A DNA stretch of 62,614 bases from Mycoplasmatota bacterium (GTDB lineage Bacteria > Bacillota_I > Bacilli_A > MAG-NZ): assembly GCA_018394315.1 (NCBI GenBank), contig CP074575.1, forward strand, positions 1,054,001 through 1,116,614, given 5' to 3'. The notes below the pieces were generated by a model. That model searched no databases. It worked only from the letters and a program-made list of their open reading frames with translations, and was not told where the DNA came from. Numbering within the stretch: position 1 is the stretch's first letter; the number at the start of each line of letters is the position of its first letter. Below, piece after piece: positions 49,656 to 59,553 of the stretch. The translations under genes were made by a program, and so were the position numbers.

Positions 49656-50225
49656 ATGGGGTTGATCATCGGTATCATAGGATTTTTTTTACTATTTATA
49701 TATGAAGCAAATCAAATTCTTTGGCATAAGTCATTCTTGAAAGTTTTTTTTACAAGTGGACTATTGTGCATAGTTACTGCCACAGTCATAACGGTACTAG
49801 ATGGATGGATTGGAATAAACGCGATAAGTAGCTCCTTTTGGGTTGGATTATTTTGTTTAACCATTTTTCTTGTACTGCTAATATATACATTGTTTTTTTC
49901 TATACCATTTAAGGTTAGTTATATTGAGCAATTTCAAAGTAGAAGGGTTTATACACAAAGAATGTATGCCTTAAGTAGGCATCCCGGTGTTTTATGGTTT
50001 ATTGGAGTTTATGGGTCACTTGTGTTGATTTTTCCAACTCAATCAATGATTTTGTTAGCGTTGGTCCAAATTACGTTGAATTTTGTTTATGTAATAATTC
50101 AAGATGTTTGGTCTTTCCCGAAACTATTTATTGACTATGGACAGTACAAGAAAAAAACACCGTTTTTATTCCCATCTATCAAGAGTATATTAATAACTAT
50201 TCAGTCCTTTAAGGGGAGGAAATGA
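49656..50225 (+). CDS. ICMT/PEMT-like integral membrane methyltransferase
   Basis: Five TM helices; YTQRMYALSRHPG and F.DYGQYKKKTPFLFP motifs. Confidence 0.75.
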   Translation: MGLIIGIIGFFLLFIYEANQILWHKSFLKVFFTSGLLCIVTATVITVLDGWIGINAISSSFWVGLFCLTIFLVLLIYTLFFSIPFKVSYIEQFQSRRVYTQRMYALSRHPGVLWFIGVYGSLVLIFPTQSMILLALVQITLNFVYVIIQDVWSFPKLFIDYGQYKKKTPFLFPSIKSILITIQSFKGRK

Positions 50226-50226
50226 G

Positions 50227-51822
50227 ATGAAGTTTGAACAACAACTTGCAACTAGAAGTAAACGTGAAATTTGGGATTCTTTTTGTGGATTTCTCGAATA
50301 TTCAATGGATGAATATATGCAAGTTCAAACACGCTTGATGGAAGAGCAAATTGATTATTGGTCTAAAAGCGAAATTGGGCAAACAATTTTGAAAGGACAA
50401 TTTCCAAAATCGATTGATGAATTTCGTAATATGGTTCCATTGACAACATATGAAGACTATGCAGATTCATTGTTATCAAAGCAATCTTCTTCTTTACCTA
50501 TGCATCCCGTTGTTTGGATTGAAACAACATGGGAAGGAGGGCGCCATCCAGTGAAGGTGGCTCCGTATTCTCGTAGTATGCTAGATACATATAGGAAGAA
50601 CATGATTGGTTGCCTTATTCTTTCTAGTAGCAAACAAAAGGGAGAGTTTGATGTTACCGTTGATGATAAATTATTGTACGGTTTAGCGCCTCTCCCTTAC
50701 GCAACAGGATTGTTTCCGCTTTTACTAAAAGAAGAAATTGATATGAAATTTTTACCAGACCCAATTGAAGCACAAAATATGAGCTTCTCTGAACGCAATA
50801 AAGAGGGCTTCAAAATGGCAATGCAGTCTGATGTTGAATTTTTCTTTGGTTTGGGAAGTGTGCTATATGCTGTAACGAAAAATATTATGGAAGCATCCAC
50901 GAAAAGAGGAGGCATTTCGTCGATTTTGAAATACCCTTTGAAAAGAATCATACAAATAGCAAAAGCAAAAAAAGCGAGTCGTACCGAAAACCGTTCGATG
51001 TTACCTAAGGATTTGTTCAATCTAAAAGGGTTTATGGTTGCGGGTACTGATAATCATTTCTATAAGGATGATTTGGAAAAAATGTGGGGGATTCGTCCCA
51101 TGGAGATTTTTGCTGGGACAGAACCTGCACTGATTGGAACAGAGACATGGACAAGAGATGGTATGTATTTCTTCCCAGATTCTTGTTTCTATGAATTCAT
51201 TAAAGAAGATGATTATTTGCATCTTTTGGACAACCCTAAATATGTTCCAAATACTTACTTGATGAATGAAGTTGTAGCTGGGGAAAAATACGAGATTGTA
51301 GTCACAGTGATGAAAGGTGGAGCGTTTGCTCGTTATCGTGTTGGCGACGTGTATGAGTGTGTAGGACTTAAAAATAATGAAGACGGCACAAAAATTCCTC
51401 GTTTTCGTTATGTGGATCGTGTATTGAATATTGTGGATATTGCTGGATTTACAAGGATTACAGAGTACAGTATTAGCAAAGCAATTGAACACTCAAAAGT
51501 TAAAGTTATTGACTGGATTGCCAGAAAGGAAGTGTCAGATACCAACCGTCCATTCTTGAAACTATATGTTGAGATTGACCAGTTATATTTGACAAATAAT
51601 CCTATGAGTACTGATATTCTAAAAGAATTACTTACAACTTACTTTAAATTTATCGATCAAGATTACAAAGATTTAAAAAAGATATTAGGAATGGAACCGC
51701 TGAAGATTGAATTATTAGCAGTGGATACGTTCAAGAAATACAATGCATCTTATGCGAAGCCAATTCGCAAACTCAATGCATCACACCATGATGTATTGAG
51801 TTTATTGAACTTTTCTAGATAG
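50227..51822 (+). CDS. GH3-family adenylating enzyme (acyl-amido synthetase-like)
   Basis: FRNMVPLTTYEDY, FAGTE, FYEFI, GEKYEIVVT...ARYRVGD...FRYVDR. Confidence 0.85.
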   Translation: MKFEQQLATRSKREIWDSFCGFLEYSMDEYMQVQTRLMEEQIDYWSKSEIGQTILKGQFPKSIDEFRNMVPLTTYEDYADSLLSKQSSSLPMHPVVWIETTWEGGRHPVKVAPYSRSMLDTYRKNMIGCLILSSSKQKGEFDVTVDDKLLYGLAPLPYATGLFPLLLKEEIDMKFLPDPIEAQNMSFSERNKEGFKMAMQSDVEFFFGLGSVLYAVTKNIMEASTKRGGISSILKYPLKRIIQIAKAKKASRTENRSMLPKDLFNLKGFMVAGTDNHFYKDDLEKMWGIRPMEIFAGTEPALIGTETWTRDGMYFFPDSCFYEFIKEDDYLHLLDNPKYVPNTYLMNEVVAGEKYEIVVTVMKGGAFARYRVGDVYECVGLKNNEDGTKIPRFRYVDRVLNIVDIAGFTRITEYSISKAIEHSKVKVIDWIARKEVSDTNRPFLKLYVEIDQLYLTNNPMSTDILKELLTTYFKFIDQDYKDLKKILGMEPLKIELLAVDTFKKYNASYAKPIRKLNASHHDVLSLLNFSR

Positions 51823-51825
51823 GAG

Positions 51826-54390
51826 GTGAACCAGGTGGGACTGTATGAGTATATATCGGGGATTTCAGTTTTGATCTACATTTTCATTTTCTTGATCATT
51901 TTGAATTCTAAACAATCAAAAATACGTGATATTTTCTTACGTTTGATTATGATTTCTATTATTTGGACCGGTGGATCCCTATTGATGAGAAAACAGGCCT
52001 TTCCTACATATGTTTTTTGGTATCATGTATCCTTGATGGGTATTTTATTCATGCCAATCATGTACTTTCGTTTCATCATGGAGTACATTCATAATGTGAA
52101 ACGTTCATACATTCACATTTATTCGATTTTCATGTGTAGTGCTTTTGTGGTCAACGTCTTGACTGGTTTGTTTTTACCACCTCCAGTCATTGGGGTTATT
52201 GATGGGACACTAGCGGTGGTTTATGAATCTTTGGAGTGGCCAATATATATCTTATATACCATAGGAGTGTTCATGGTCATTCATATGTTATGGTGGTTCT
52301 ACACGGGAATTCGTCACAATCCGAAGTTGCGAAGACTGAGTAGACCAATCACCGTTGGGATTATTGTTATGTTTGCTGGAAACTTATTGTTTTTAATTCC
52401 ATTTTTTGGATCATTTCCAGTTGATATTTTATCCGGATTAGTCAATGCCCTTGCTTTATTGTATGCGTTGACGAAGAAAAGTCCGTTTAGACTTAAAATG
52501 TTGGTATCGGAATCGGTTGGATATGCCATTTGTTTGTTCCTGGCATTTTTATCGCTTTATATCTTAAATCCGGTCATTGAATCGATGTTGACAAAAATTA
52601 CATTAGCATCAGATAGTAGGATAGTGTGGTATTTGGCACTCTTTAGTATATTGCTGGTTGGTTACTTCTCCATTTGGAAAATGGTTGTCGTTGGGATTTT
52701 TGTCAAAGATGAAGAAGAGAAATCAGAATTATTAAACATATTCAGTGCAAATATCACTAAATCACTGGACTCAGAACATATATTTAGACAGACAATCAGC
52801 ATCATTGAACAAGTGGTAGGCTCTTATAATGTCTACGTCGCTTTGAAAACAAGCAAGAATGCACTAACACTTTCATATAGCAACCAGGCTTTGGCGGATT
52901 TATCTGTTTCTTTCCGATCGGATAATCCATTGATTAAGCGCCTGTCGAAACAAAATTCAGCAATTATTATCTCTGAATTCCATTTTGACACTAGCTATCA
53001 AACAATGTGGGAACAAGAAAAGTATGATTTGGTGAAGTTGGATATAACACATGCGTTTGGGTTGATCGATGATGCAGAGATTCATGGAGTTCTCTTAATG
53101 TCAGATGCCCATTCAAAGAAAAAATTGAGACATCAACAAATACTCAAGCTTCAATCGATTTGTACAATAGTTTCGATTGCCTTGAAAAATGCTGCATCAT
53201 ATGAACAAGCCGTAGTTGAATCGCGAACAGATGATCTGACAGGTCTTTATAATAGAAAATACTTCTATCAATTGATTGAAAAGAAGTTTATTGAACAAAA
53301 AAGTGATTCGCTTGCTTTAGTAATGTTAAATCTTGATGATTTCAAATTGTACAACCAGTTATATGGAGTAAAAAAAGCAGATCAGGCTTTGGAAGTCATT
53401 GCGACTATTTTAAAAGGCAGCGTTGGCAAGGACAGATATGTTTCAAGATTTAGTGGTAAAGAATTTGCAATCATTTTACCAGGATACGATGTGCATCGTA
53501 CTTTAAAACTAGTTGAAAAGGCAAATCAACAGATTTTTGAATGTACTCAGTCAAAAGTTAAACGACTAGAAAAACACATAACAACAAGCGTCGGAATTTG
53601 TGTATATCCATATGGTGCATCTAATGTCAATGAATTGATAGAAAATGTTCAACAAGCAGTGTACCAAGTTAAACGAAATGGAAAGAATGCGGTACGTGTA
53701 TTCGATACTTTTGTACAAAAAGACGAATTAAGTGAAAAACGTTCATATAGTTCCATTTATAACGAGTATAAATCTACCATATATGCTTTAACAGCTGCAA
53801 TCGATGCAAAAGACCATTACACATTCTCGCATTCGGATAATGTTGCGAACTACGCTGTTGCTTTTGCTAAAGAGTTAAATTTGAACAATGATATTGTAGA
53901 AAATATTCGTCAGGCTGCTCTCTTGCATGACATTGGTAAGATTTCGATTCCAGAACCAGTGTTGAACAAGCCTGGGCGTTTGAGCGATGAGGAGTTCAAA
54001 TTGATCCAAGGACATGTGGATGCATCTATTGATATTATTCGCCATTTACCATCGCTGGATTATGTAATCCCAGCTGTGCTCGGTCACCATGAGCGCTATG
54101 ATGGTACGGGATACCCTCGACGAACAAAAGGAGAGGACATTCCTCTTACAGCGAGAATCCTTTGTTTGGCGGATTCCTTTGATGCTATGGTGTCAGATAG
54201 GGTATACAAGGATCCGAAACCGCTTCATAAAGTCATTGAGATTATTGAAGAAGAAGCAGGAAAACAATTTGATCCAAAACTGGCAATAGTCTTCGTTGAT
54301 ATGCTGAAAAGTGGAAAAATAAGAGTGGATCAACCAACCATTGTATCAACTCCTAAAGTAAAGACATATCAGAAAGTAGTTGCTCAATAG
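51826..54390 (+). CDS. 7TM sensor - GAF - GGDEF (degenerate SGKEF) - HD-GYP protein
   Basis: N-terminal HisKA_7TM-like helices; TDDLTGLYNR, LDDFKLYN, RFSGKEF; LLHDIGK, HHERYDGTGYP, ADSFDAM. Confidence 0.9.
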   Translation: MNQVGLYEYISGISVLIYIFIFLIILNSKQSKIRDIFLRLIMISIIWTGGSLLMRKQAFPTYVFWYHVSLMGILFMPIMYFRFIMEYIHNVKRSYIHIYSIFMCSAFVVNVLTGLFLPPPVIGVIDGTLAVVYESLEWPIYILYTIGVFMVIHMLWWFYTGIRHNPKLRRLSRPITVGIIVMFAGNLLFLIPFFGSFPVDILSGLVNALALLYALTKKSPFRLKMLVSESVGYAICLFLAFLSLYILNPVIESMLTKITLASDSRIVWYLALFSILLVGYFSIWKMVVVGIFVKDEEEKSELLNIFSANITKSLDSEHIFRQTISIIEQVVGSYNVYVALKTSKNALTLSYSNQALADLSVSFRSDNPLIKRLSKQNSAIIISEFHFDTSYQTMWEQEKYDLVKLDITHAFGLIDDAEIHGVLLMSDAHSKKKLRHQQILKLQSICTIVSIALKNAASYEQAVVESRTDDLTGLYNRKYFYQLIEKKFIEQKSDSLALVMLNLDDFKLYNQLYGVKKADQALEVIATILKGSVGKDRYVSRFSGKEFAIILPGYDVHRTLKLVEKANQQIFECTQSKVKRLEKHITTSVGICVYPYGASNVNELIENVQQAVYQVKRNGKNAVRVFDTFVQKDELSEKRSYSSIYNEYKSTIYALTAAIDAKDHYTFSHSDNVANYAVAFAKELNLNNDIVENIRQAALLHDIGKISIPEPVLNKPGRLSDEEFKLIQGHVDASIDIIRHLPSLDYVIPAVLGHHERYDGTGYPRRTKGEDIPLTARILCLADSFDAMVSDRVYKDPKPLHKVIEIIEEEAGKQFDPKLAIVFVDMLKSGKIRVDQPTIVSTPKVKTYQKVVAQ

Positions 54391-54478
54391 TCAAATAGTT
54401 TGCAAATGAAGCAATGTCTTGTGATATATAATTATAGAATACGGTTATATTAATAACACAAAATAGATTAATTTATTT

Positions 54479-54514
54479 AGCCTTTCTCAGATCTTTTGAG
54501 GAAGGCTTTTTTTT
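54479..54514 (+). terminator. Intrinsic terminator of the GH3 operon
   Basis: AGCCTTTCTCA / TGAGGAAGGCT stem + T-run. Confidence 0.8.
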
Positions 54515-54698
54515 CGAGAAAAACCAGATATCTTAATCTAGTCCAGAAAGACTTTGTTCTTATTGTTCTAAAAAAAGAATATTATATCTGAATCTTGACA
54601 ATTACTTCAAAATAATTATTTTGCCCTAGGATATATATTCAAATTTAGTAAGAAGCCTTTAAGTAACATCGGAAAATGTGATAATATGTAAATAATCA

Positions 54699-54729
54699 TT
54701 GACTCTCACACTATGTGAGGAAATATAAT
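54699..54729 (+). promoter_or_regulatory. MerR-type promoter with 19-bp spacer and dyad operator
   Basis: TTGACT-N19-TATAAT with CTCACA-cta-TGTGAG in the spacer. Confidence 0.85.
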
Positions 54730-54772
54730 TGATTTGTAGTTCGAACTGCAATAATAATTAGGAGTTGATTTT

Positions 54773-55585
54773 ATGTTTAAGATTGGAAATTTTTCGAAGT
54801 TAACAAGAGTATCTATTCGAATGTTGAGACATTATGATGAAATTGGGCTTTTTAAGCCTGCAAAGATTGATAATTTTACTGGATATAGGTACTATTCAGC
54901 GACACAAATAAAGAGGCTAAATCTGATTATATCTCTTCGTAAAATGGGTTTTAGTTTGGCTGAAATTTCAGTAGTTACGGATGAAGATACCGATAAAAAA
55001 CTACGCGGAATGTTAACGCAAAAAAAAGATATGGTTAAATTTAATATAAAATTAGAGAATGATAAGCTCAAAAGAATCAGCTCCGCAATTGAAAATTTGA
55101 AAAAGGAGAGAGTCAATATGGATTATAACGTAAATATAAAATCAATACCATCCTATAAAGTAGTTTCACTAAGAGATAAAATTCCATCGTATGATTCTGA
55201 AGGTATGCTTTGGCAAAGGTTAGGGGAGTATATTCAAGAAAAAGGACTAAACTGTAGTGGTGTTTCTTATGCAACTTATCATGATGAAGGATATAAGGAA
55301 GGAGAAGTTGACGTAGAAGTTGTTATGAGTACTGACAAATTACTTGAAAACGAGAATGGGTTCGTTTTTAAGAAGACTGAATCGATAGAACATGCTGCGT
55401 ATATTTTGGTTCCTGGTGAATTTTCTAACATAGCCCCTGCATTTAATTATCTGGCTAATTGGATTGAGGAAAATGGATACCAAATATGCGGAAATTCACG
55501 TGAACTTCCAATCAAAGGTCCTTGGAATGAGAGCAATCCCGAAAATTATCTAAATGAGATTCAAATACCTGTAAGAAAAATATAA
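54773..55585 (+). CDS. MerR-family regulator with a GyrI-like effector domain (BmrR-like)
   Basis: FKIGNFSKL..VSIRMLRHYDEIGL..P...TGYRYY; C-terminal WIEENGY...EIQIPV. Confidence 0.93.
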   Translation: MFKIGNFSKLTRVSIRMLRHYDEIGLFKPAKIDNFTGYRYYSATQIKRLNLIISLRKMGFSLAEISVVTDEDTDKKLRGMLTQKKDMVKFNIKLENDKLKRISSAIENLKKERVNMDYNVNIKSIPSYKVVSLRDKIPSYDSEGMLWQRLGEYIQEKGLNCSGVSYATYHDEGYKEGEVDVEVVMSTDKLLENENGFVFKKTESIEHAAYILVPGEFSNIAPAFNYLANWIEENGYQICGNSRELPIKGPWNESNPENYLNEIQIPVRKI

Positions 55586-56055
55586 TTTACTATTATTGTA
55601 TTTTATCTTCTATAAATTATTGAATGAAAGTAATTAAGATAAGAAAATTATATTTTCATACTATGAAGCTTGTATTAAACTAGTTCCTTTAAAAGGAGTA
55701 GTAAAGAAAAGGTGAAAAGAGCTAATTACCGGTACCAAATTGGAATTAGCTCTTTAAATTGTTCTTATAGTGTAGTATTTATATAAAACTTTTAAGGTAT
55801 ATTGTAAGTTAAATGCTATTTATATAGATGTGGGTCGTTTCAGTTTCTAACAACGTCATACTGTTTTCTGTTTAATCATGTTCTTGGATTTTAATTCTAG
55901 GAAAAGTAACAAAGTAAATCCTATTTTTTTATAAATTAGTGGAATGATTCGGTCGTTCTTTTTTCGAAAATAATATAGATATTAAAAGTATAGTTGATTT
56001 TGAGTATCTAAATAAGTTAAAATATTACCACTACTTTTTATAAAGGAGAATACCT

Positions 56056-56796
56056 ATGAAGAAAATCGCTGCTTTTTTTGATATTGACGGAACGATATAT
56101 CGTGAGGGGTTAATCACAGAGTTATTTAAGAAATTAATTACACATGAGCTTGTGTCTGAGAATATATGGGTTGATAGTGTAAAACCTGCTTTTATGAAAT
56201 GGGATAAGAGACAAGGATATTATGATGAGTATTTAGACCGCATGGTTGAAATGTATATAAAATCTATCATTGGGGTAAGACAGGATCACATTACCCACAT
56301 AGCCAAGAGAGTGATCGAACAAAAAGGTGATAGGGTATATCGTTTCACAAGAAGTGAAATTGAGCGACATCGAAATAATGGAGATATGGTAATAGCGGTA
56401 TCAGGCTCACCTGCAGAATTAGTATCTGAAATGGCAAAAAAATATCATTTTGATGATTATAGAGGAACTACATATGTTTTGGATTCAGGTAATAGATACA
56501 CAGGTGAGATAATTCCAATGTGGGATAGAGAGTCTAAAAGAAAAGCAATACTAGATATTGCGGACCAATATGACCTAGATTTAGTTAACTGTTATGCATA
56601 TGGTGATACTACTGGAGATTTAGTAATGTTAAGTCTTGTAGGTCATCCTTATGCGATTAATCCTACTAAATCATTAATCGAAGCTATAAAAAGAGATGAA
56701 GATTTGGCGAAGAAGATTACTATCATAGTTGAAAGAAAAGATATGATATATAGAATTCCTCTAGAATTAGTTGAGGTAGACTTAATAGAAGAATAA
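56056..56796 (+). CDS. HAD-IB family hydrolase
   Basis: FFDIDGT, VSGS, K, YGDTTGD motifs. Confidence 0.92.
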   Translation: MKKIAAFFDIDGTIYREGLITELFKKLITHELVSENIWVDSVKPAFMKWDKRQGYYDEYLDRMVEMYIKSIIGVRQDHITHIAKRVIEQKGDRVYRFTRSEIERHRNNGDMVIAVSGSPAELVSEMAKKYHFDDYRGTTYVLDSGNRYTGEIIPMWDRESKRKAILDIADQYDLDLVNCYAYGDTTGDLVMLSLVGHPYAINPTKSLIEAIKRDEDLAKKITIIVERKDMIYRIPLELVEVDLIEE

Positions 56797-56860
56797 CTTG
56801 AGGGTCGTCTTGCAACGGAGATAAAACCCATAAGGATTATTAGAAAGATAAGTCTTTGAT

Positions 56861-56985
56861 TAGGTTGTTTATGGTCGCGTTTCGACTCCACCATTAAACA
56901 CATGAATTCTAACTGACAATTGAAATTATTACTTATTAATAAATATTAAGCTATTAACTACCTTAATCAGTAGTTAATAGCTTTT
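56861..56985 (+). repeat. tmRNA-end-derived junction repeat (site E)
   Basis: GTTGTTTATGGTCGCGTTTCGACTCCACCA aligns without gaps to site D (22/30). It is followed by CACATGAATTCT..TGAAATTATTA and a perfect 14-bp hairpin AAGCTATTAACTAC/GTAGTTAATAGCTT. Confidence 0.75.
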
Positions 56986-57258
56986 AAATAATAAAAAAAG
57001 TTAAGATATTAAACCAGGCAAACGTAAGTTGTAGCAATTACAATTAAATTGGCGACAGGGGGAAAACTCGACGATTATTATCACTGCGAAGGAATAAGAC
57101 TGCTTAAGAAATTATGCAATTCTCGTTTAAAATTTTAGAAGGTTATGATTTTTATGTAGTATCCCGTGAAAACCATCTAGTTTGGAATCGATGATGTCTA
57201 TGATATACTTATTATAAGATTATATAATCTTGGAAATAAGAAAGAGGGGGAATAATTT

Positions 57259-58086
57259 ATGTTCAAATCGAAGTTTAAGTTATCTATTATTTTTTCAGTA
57301 ATTATTATTATTTTATCCGTTATTGTTGCAGGTGGAGGGTTGTTCTTTCCTGATGTTTATCATGACAATGAGATAATAACGACTGCTTTTTATGGAAATG
57401 ATATTGTTACTTTGTTCTTAGTGGTTCCGATGATGATTGTAGCTCTAATCTTATGTCTAAGAGGTTCTCAAAAAGCGCAACTAGTATGGATGGGTACACT
57501 GTGGTATATGATGTATAATTATATCTTCTATCTTTACGGTGCTGCTTTCAATGTGTTTTTCCTACCATATGTTGCTTTATTTACATTATCAGCATATGGA
57601 CTTATATTTGCATTAATAAGAGTAGACTCAAGAAAATTAGCTGGATACTTTAGTAATAATACTCCTGTTAAATGGATTAGTACTTATATGTTTTTCTTTT
57701 CTGGCCTACTAGGGTTTTTGTGGATTGCTATTTCTCTTAGTTTTATTTTTACTGGCGAAGTGCCTGTGAATATTATAGAGACAGGTAAAGATACGGGAAT
57801 CGTATTTGCGACAGACTTATCTCTTTTAATACCATCTTTAATCGTTAGTGGTATACTACTATTAAAGAAAAACCATTGGGGACCAATATTATCATCAATT
57901 GTTTTAATTAAATGTGTTACATATAGTCTTGTTTTAATTGCTATGTCAGCAATTGACTATATTAGAAATAGACATACAGACCCATTTATACTTTTGTGGG
58001 TTATCCTAAGTATAGGTTGTATTATATCCTTATGGTTTTTGCTTAAAAATATGAAAGATCCTAAAAGTGAGACTAGGACAAGATAA
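57259..58086 (+). CDS. Multi-pass membrane protein of unknown function
   Basis: About 8 TM helices; SD GAGGGGG. Confidence 0.8.
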   Translation: MFKSKFKLSIIFSVIIIILSVIVAGGGLFFPDVYHDNEIITTAFYGNDIVTLFLVVPMMIVALILCLRGSQKAQLVWMGTLWYMMYNYIFYLYGAAFNVFFLPYVALFTLSAYGLIFALIRVDSRKLAGYFSNNTPVKWISTYMFFFSGLLGFLWIAISLSFIFTGEVPVNIIETGKDTGIVFATDLSLLIPSLIVSGILLLKKNHWGPILSSIVLIKCVTYSLVLIAMSAIDYIRNRHTDPFILLWVILSIGCIISLWFLLKNMKDPKSETRTR

Positions 58087-58181
58087 CTTAGTATATTTAT
58101 AAGAGATCAAAGTTTGGAAATAATATGAGATATTGATTATAATCTGATATTTAAATTGAATTATAATATAGGGAGAAGACA

Positions 58182-58982
58182 ATGTTAGGGAAACTTATCG
58201 GGAAAGGTAGAACGGCATGTGTTTACGAATATGATAATAAGGTAGTCAAGTTATTTAATGAGAACGTATCTAAATCATGGATTGATTATGAATATAGAAT
58301 CAATAAAATTGTAAATGATTATCAGAGTTTTTCACCTAAAGTATATGAAATGGTTATGATAGAGAATAAAAGGGGAATAGTATTTGAAGCTATCACTAAT
58401 GAGACAGTATCAGATGTTATAAAAAAACAACCTCTAAAAACAAAGGAAATTGCTAAAGATATAGCCAAAGTGCATCTTAGTATACATGAGGAAACAGCAA
58501 ATGAACTTGAGAATCAGATAGATTATTTTACTAATAAGATAAATCTTACAAAGAAGTTAAGTAATATTCAAAAAGAAAAAATTATCGCTTATATAAAGAC
58601 TTTACCAAATGATAATAAATTATGTCATGGAGATCTTCATACTGATAATTATTTAAAGCAAGATTATAACTATTATGTTATCGATTGGACAAACGCTTAT
58701 TCAGGTTGTCCTGCGAGTGATATTGCTAGAACTCTATTAATAATGCAAAGCTCTTCAGGTAAAGAAGAGTTACCTTTACTAATAAAGCCATTTGTAAAAA
58801 CTATTATTAATACTCTTTTGAAAACTTTTCTAAAAGAATATTTAAATCAATCATCTCTTAACAATGAACTAATCAAAGCGTGGCGATTACCTAATGCTGC
58901 CGCAAGACTTATAGAAAATGTTCCATGTGAAGACGACTGGCTTATTAAGATGATTGAAGAAGATTTGAAAAAAATTAAATAG
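58182..58982 (+). CDS. APH/choline-kinase-like phosphotransferase
   Basis: IGKGRTACVY, VVKLF, LCHGDLHTDN, VIDW. Confidence 0.9.
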   Translation: MLGKLIGKGRTACVYEYDNKVVKLFNENVSKSWIDYEYRINKIVNDYQSFSPKVYEMVMIENKRGIVFEAITNETVSDVIKKQPLKTKEIAKDIAKVHLSIHEETANELENQIDYFTNKINLTKKLSNIQKEKIIAYIKTLPNDNKLCHGDLHTDNYLKQDYNYYVIDWTNAYSGCPASDIARTLLIMQSSSGKEELPLLIKPFVKTIINTLLKTFLKEYLNQSSLNNELIKAWRLPNAAARLIENVPCEDDWLIKMIEEDLKKIK

Positions 58983-59492
58983 AATAGAGGATTAAATAGA
59001 GACAAATTAAAAGAATATATATCATCAGAAAAATTAGAGAACTACTTAGAGAGGATATCAATAAATGTAGGAGACTTTATTTATATTCCTGCTGGAACAG
59101 TACATGCAATAGAAGGTGGAGTTAAGCTTATTGAGGTACAGCAAAATAGTAATATCACTTACCGCTTATATGATTGGGGTAGAGGAAGAGAAACACATCT
59201 TGAAATATCCTTAGATATTATAGATTATGATAGTAAAATTGTAAGTGGGAAAATTGAAAACTTCAGTGAAATAAAAACTCCATATTTTTCGGTAGAAAAG
59301 ATAAATGTAAAGACAGATTATGAAGATAAAGTAAACGAAATTTTCCATTCCTATACAGTTATTAAGGGGAGAGGAACTATAAAATACACTGACAAAGAGA
59401 TAATTATTAATAAAGAAGAAACTATTTATATCCCAAATGGATTGAAGTATAAAATTGAGGGAGAAATTTCCCTTTTAAAGGTATTTAATTAA
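58983..59492 (+). pseudogene. 5'-truncated type I phosphomannose isomerase (manA/pmi C-terminal half)
   Basis: Open frame without a start codon: GDFIYIPAGTVHAIEGG..LIEVQQNSNITYRLYDWGRGRETHL. Not in the ORF track. Confidence 0.88.
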
Positions 59493-59553
59493 GTGTTAAA
59501 ATTGTAATGGGGAACAGAGGAAAAAATGATAATTGATAAAGGACGTGGAATTA

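Noticed and set aside
21231..56985. Integron attC or Xer dif interpretation of the junction repeats
   Set aside because: No RYYYAAC...GTTRRRY inverted cores and no 11-6-11 dif structure. The conserved core matches the tmRNA 3' end instead.
57040..57190. IS1634-like transposase fragment (KLDGFHGI on the minus strand)
   Set aside because: Only a six-to-eight residue resemblance followed by stops; insufficient.
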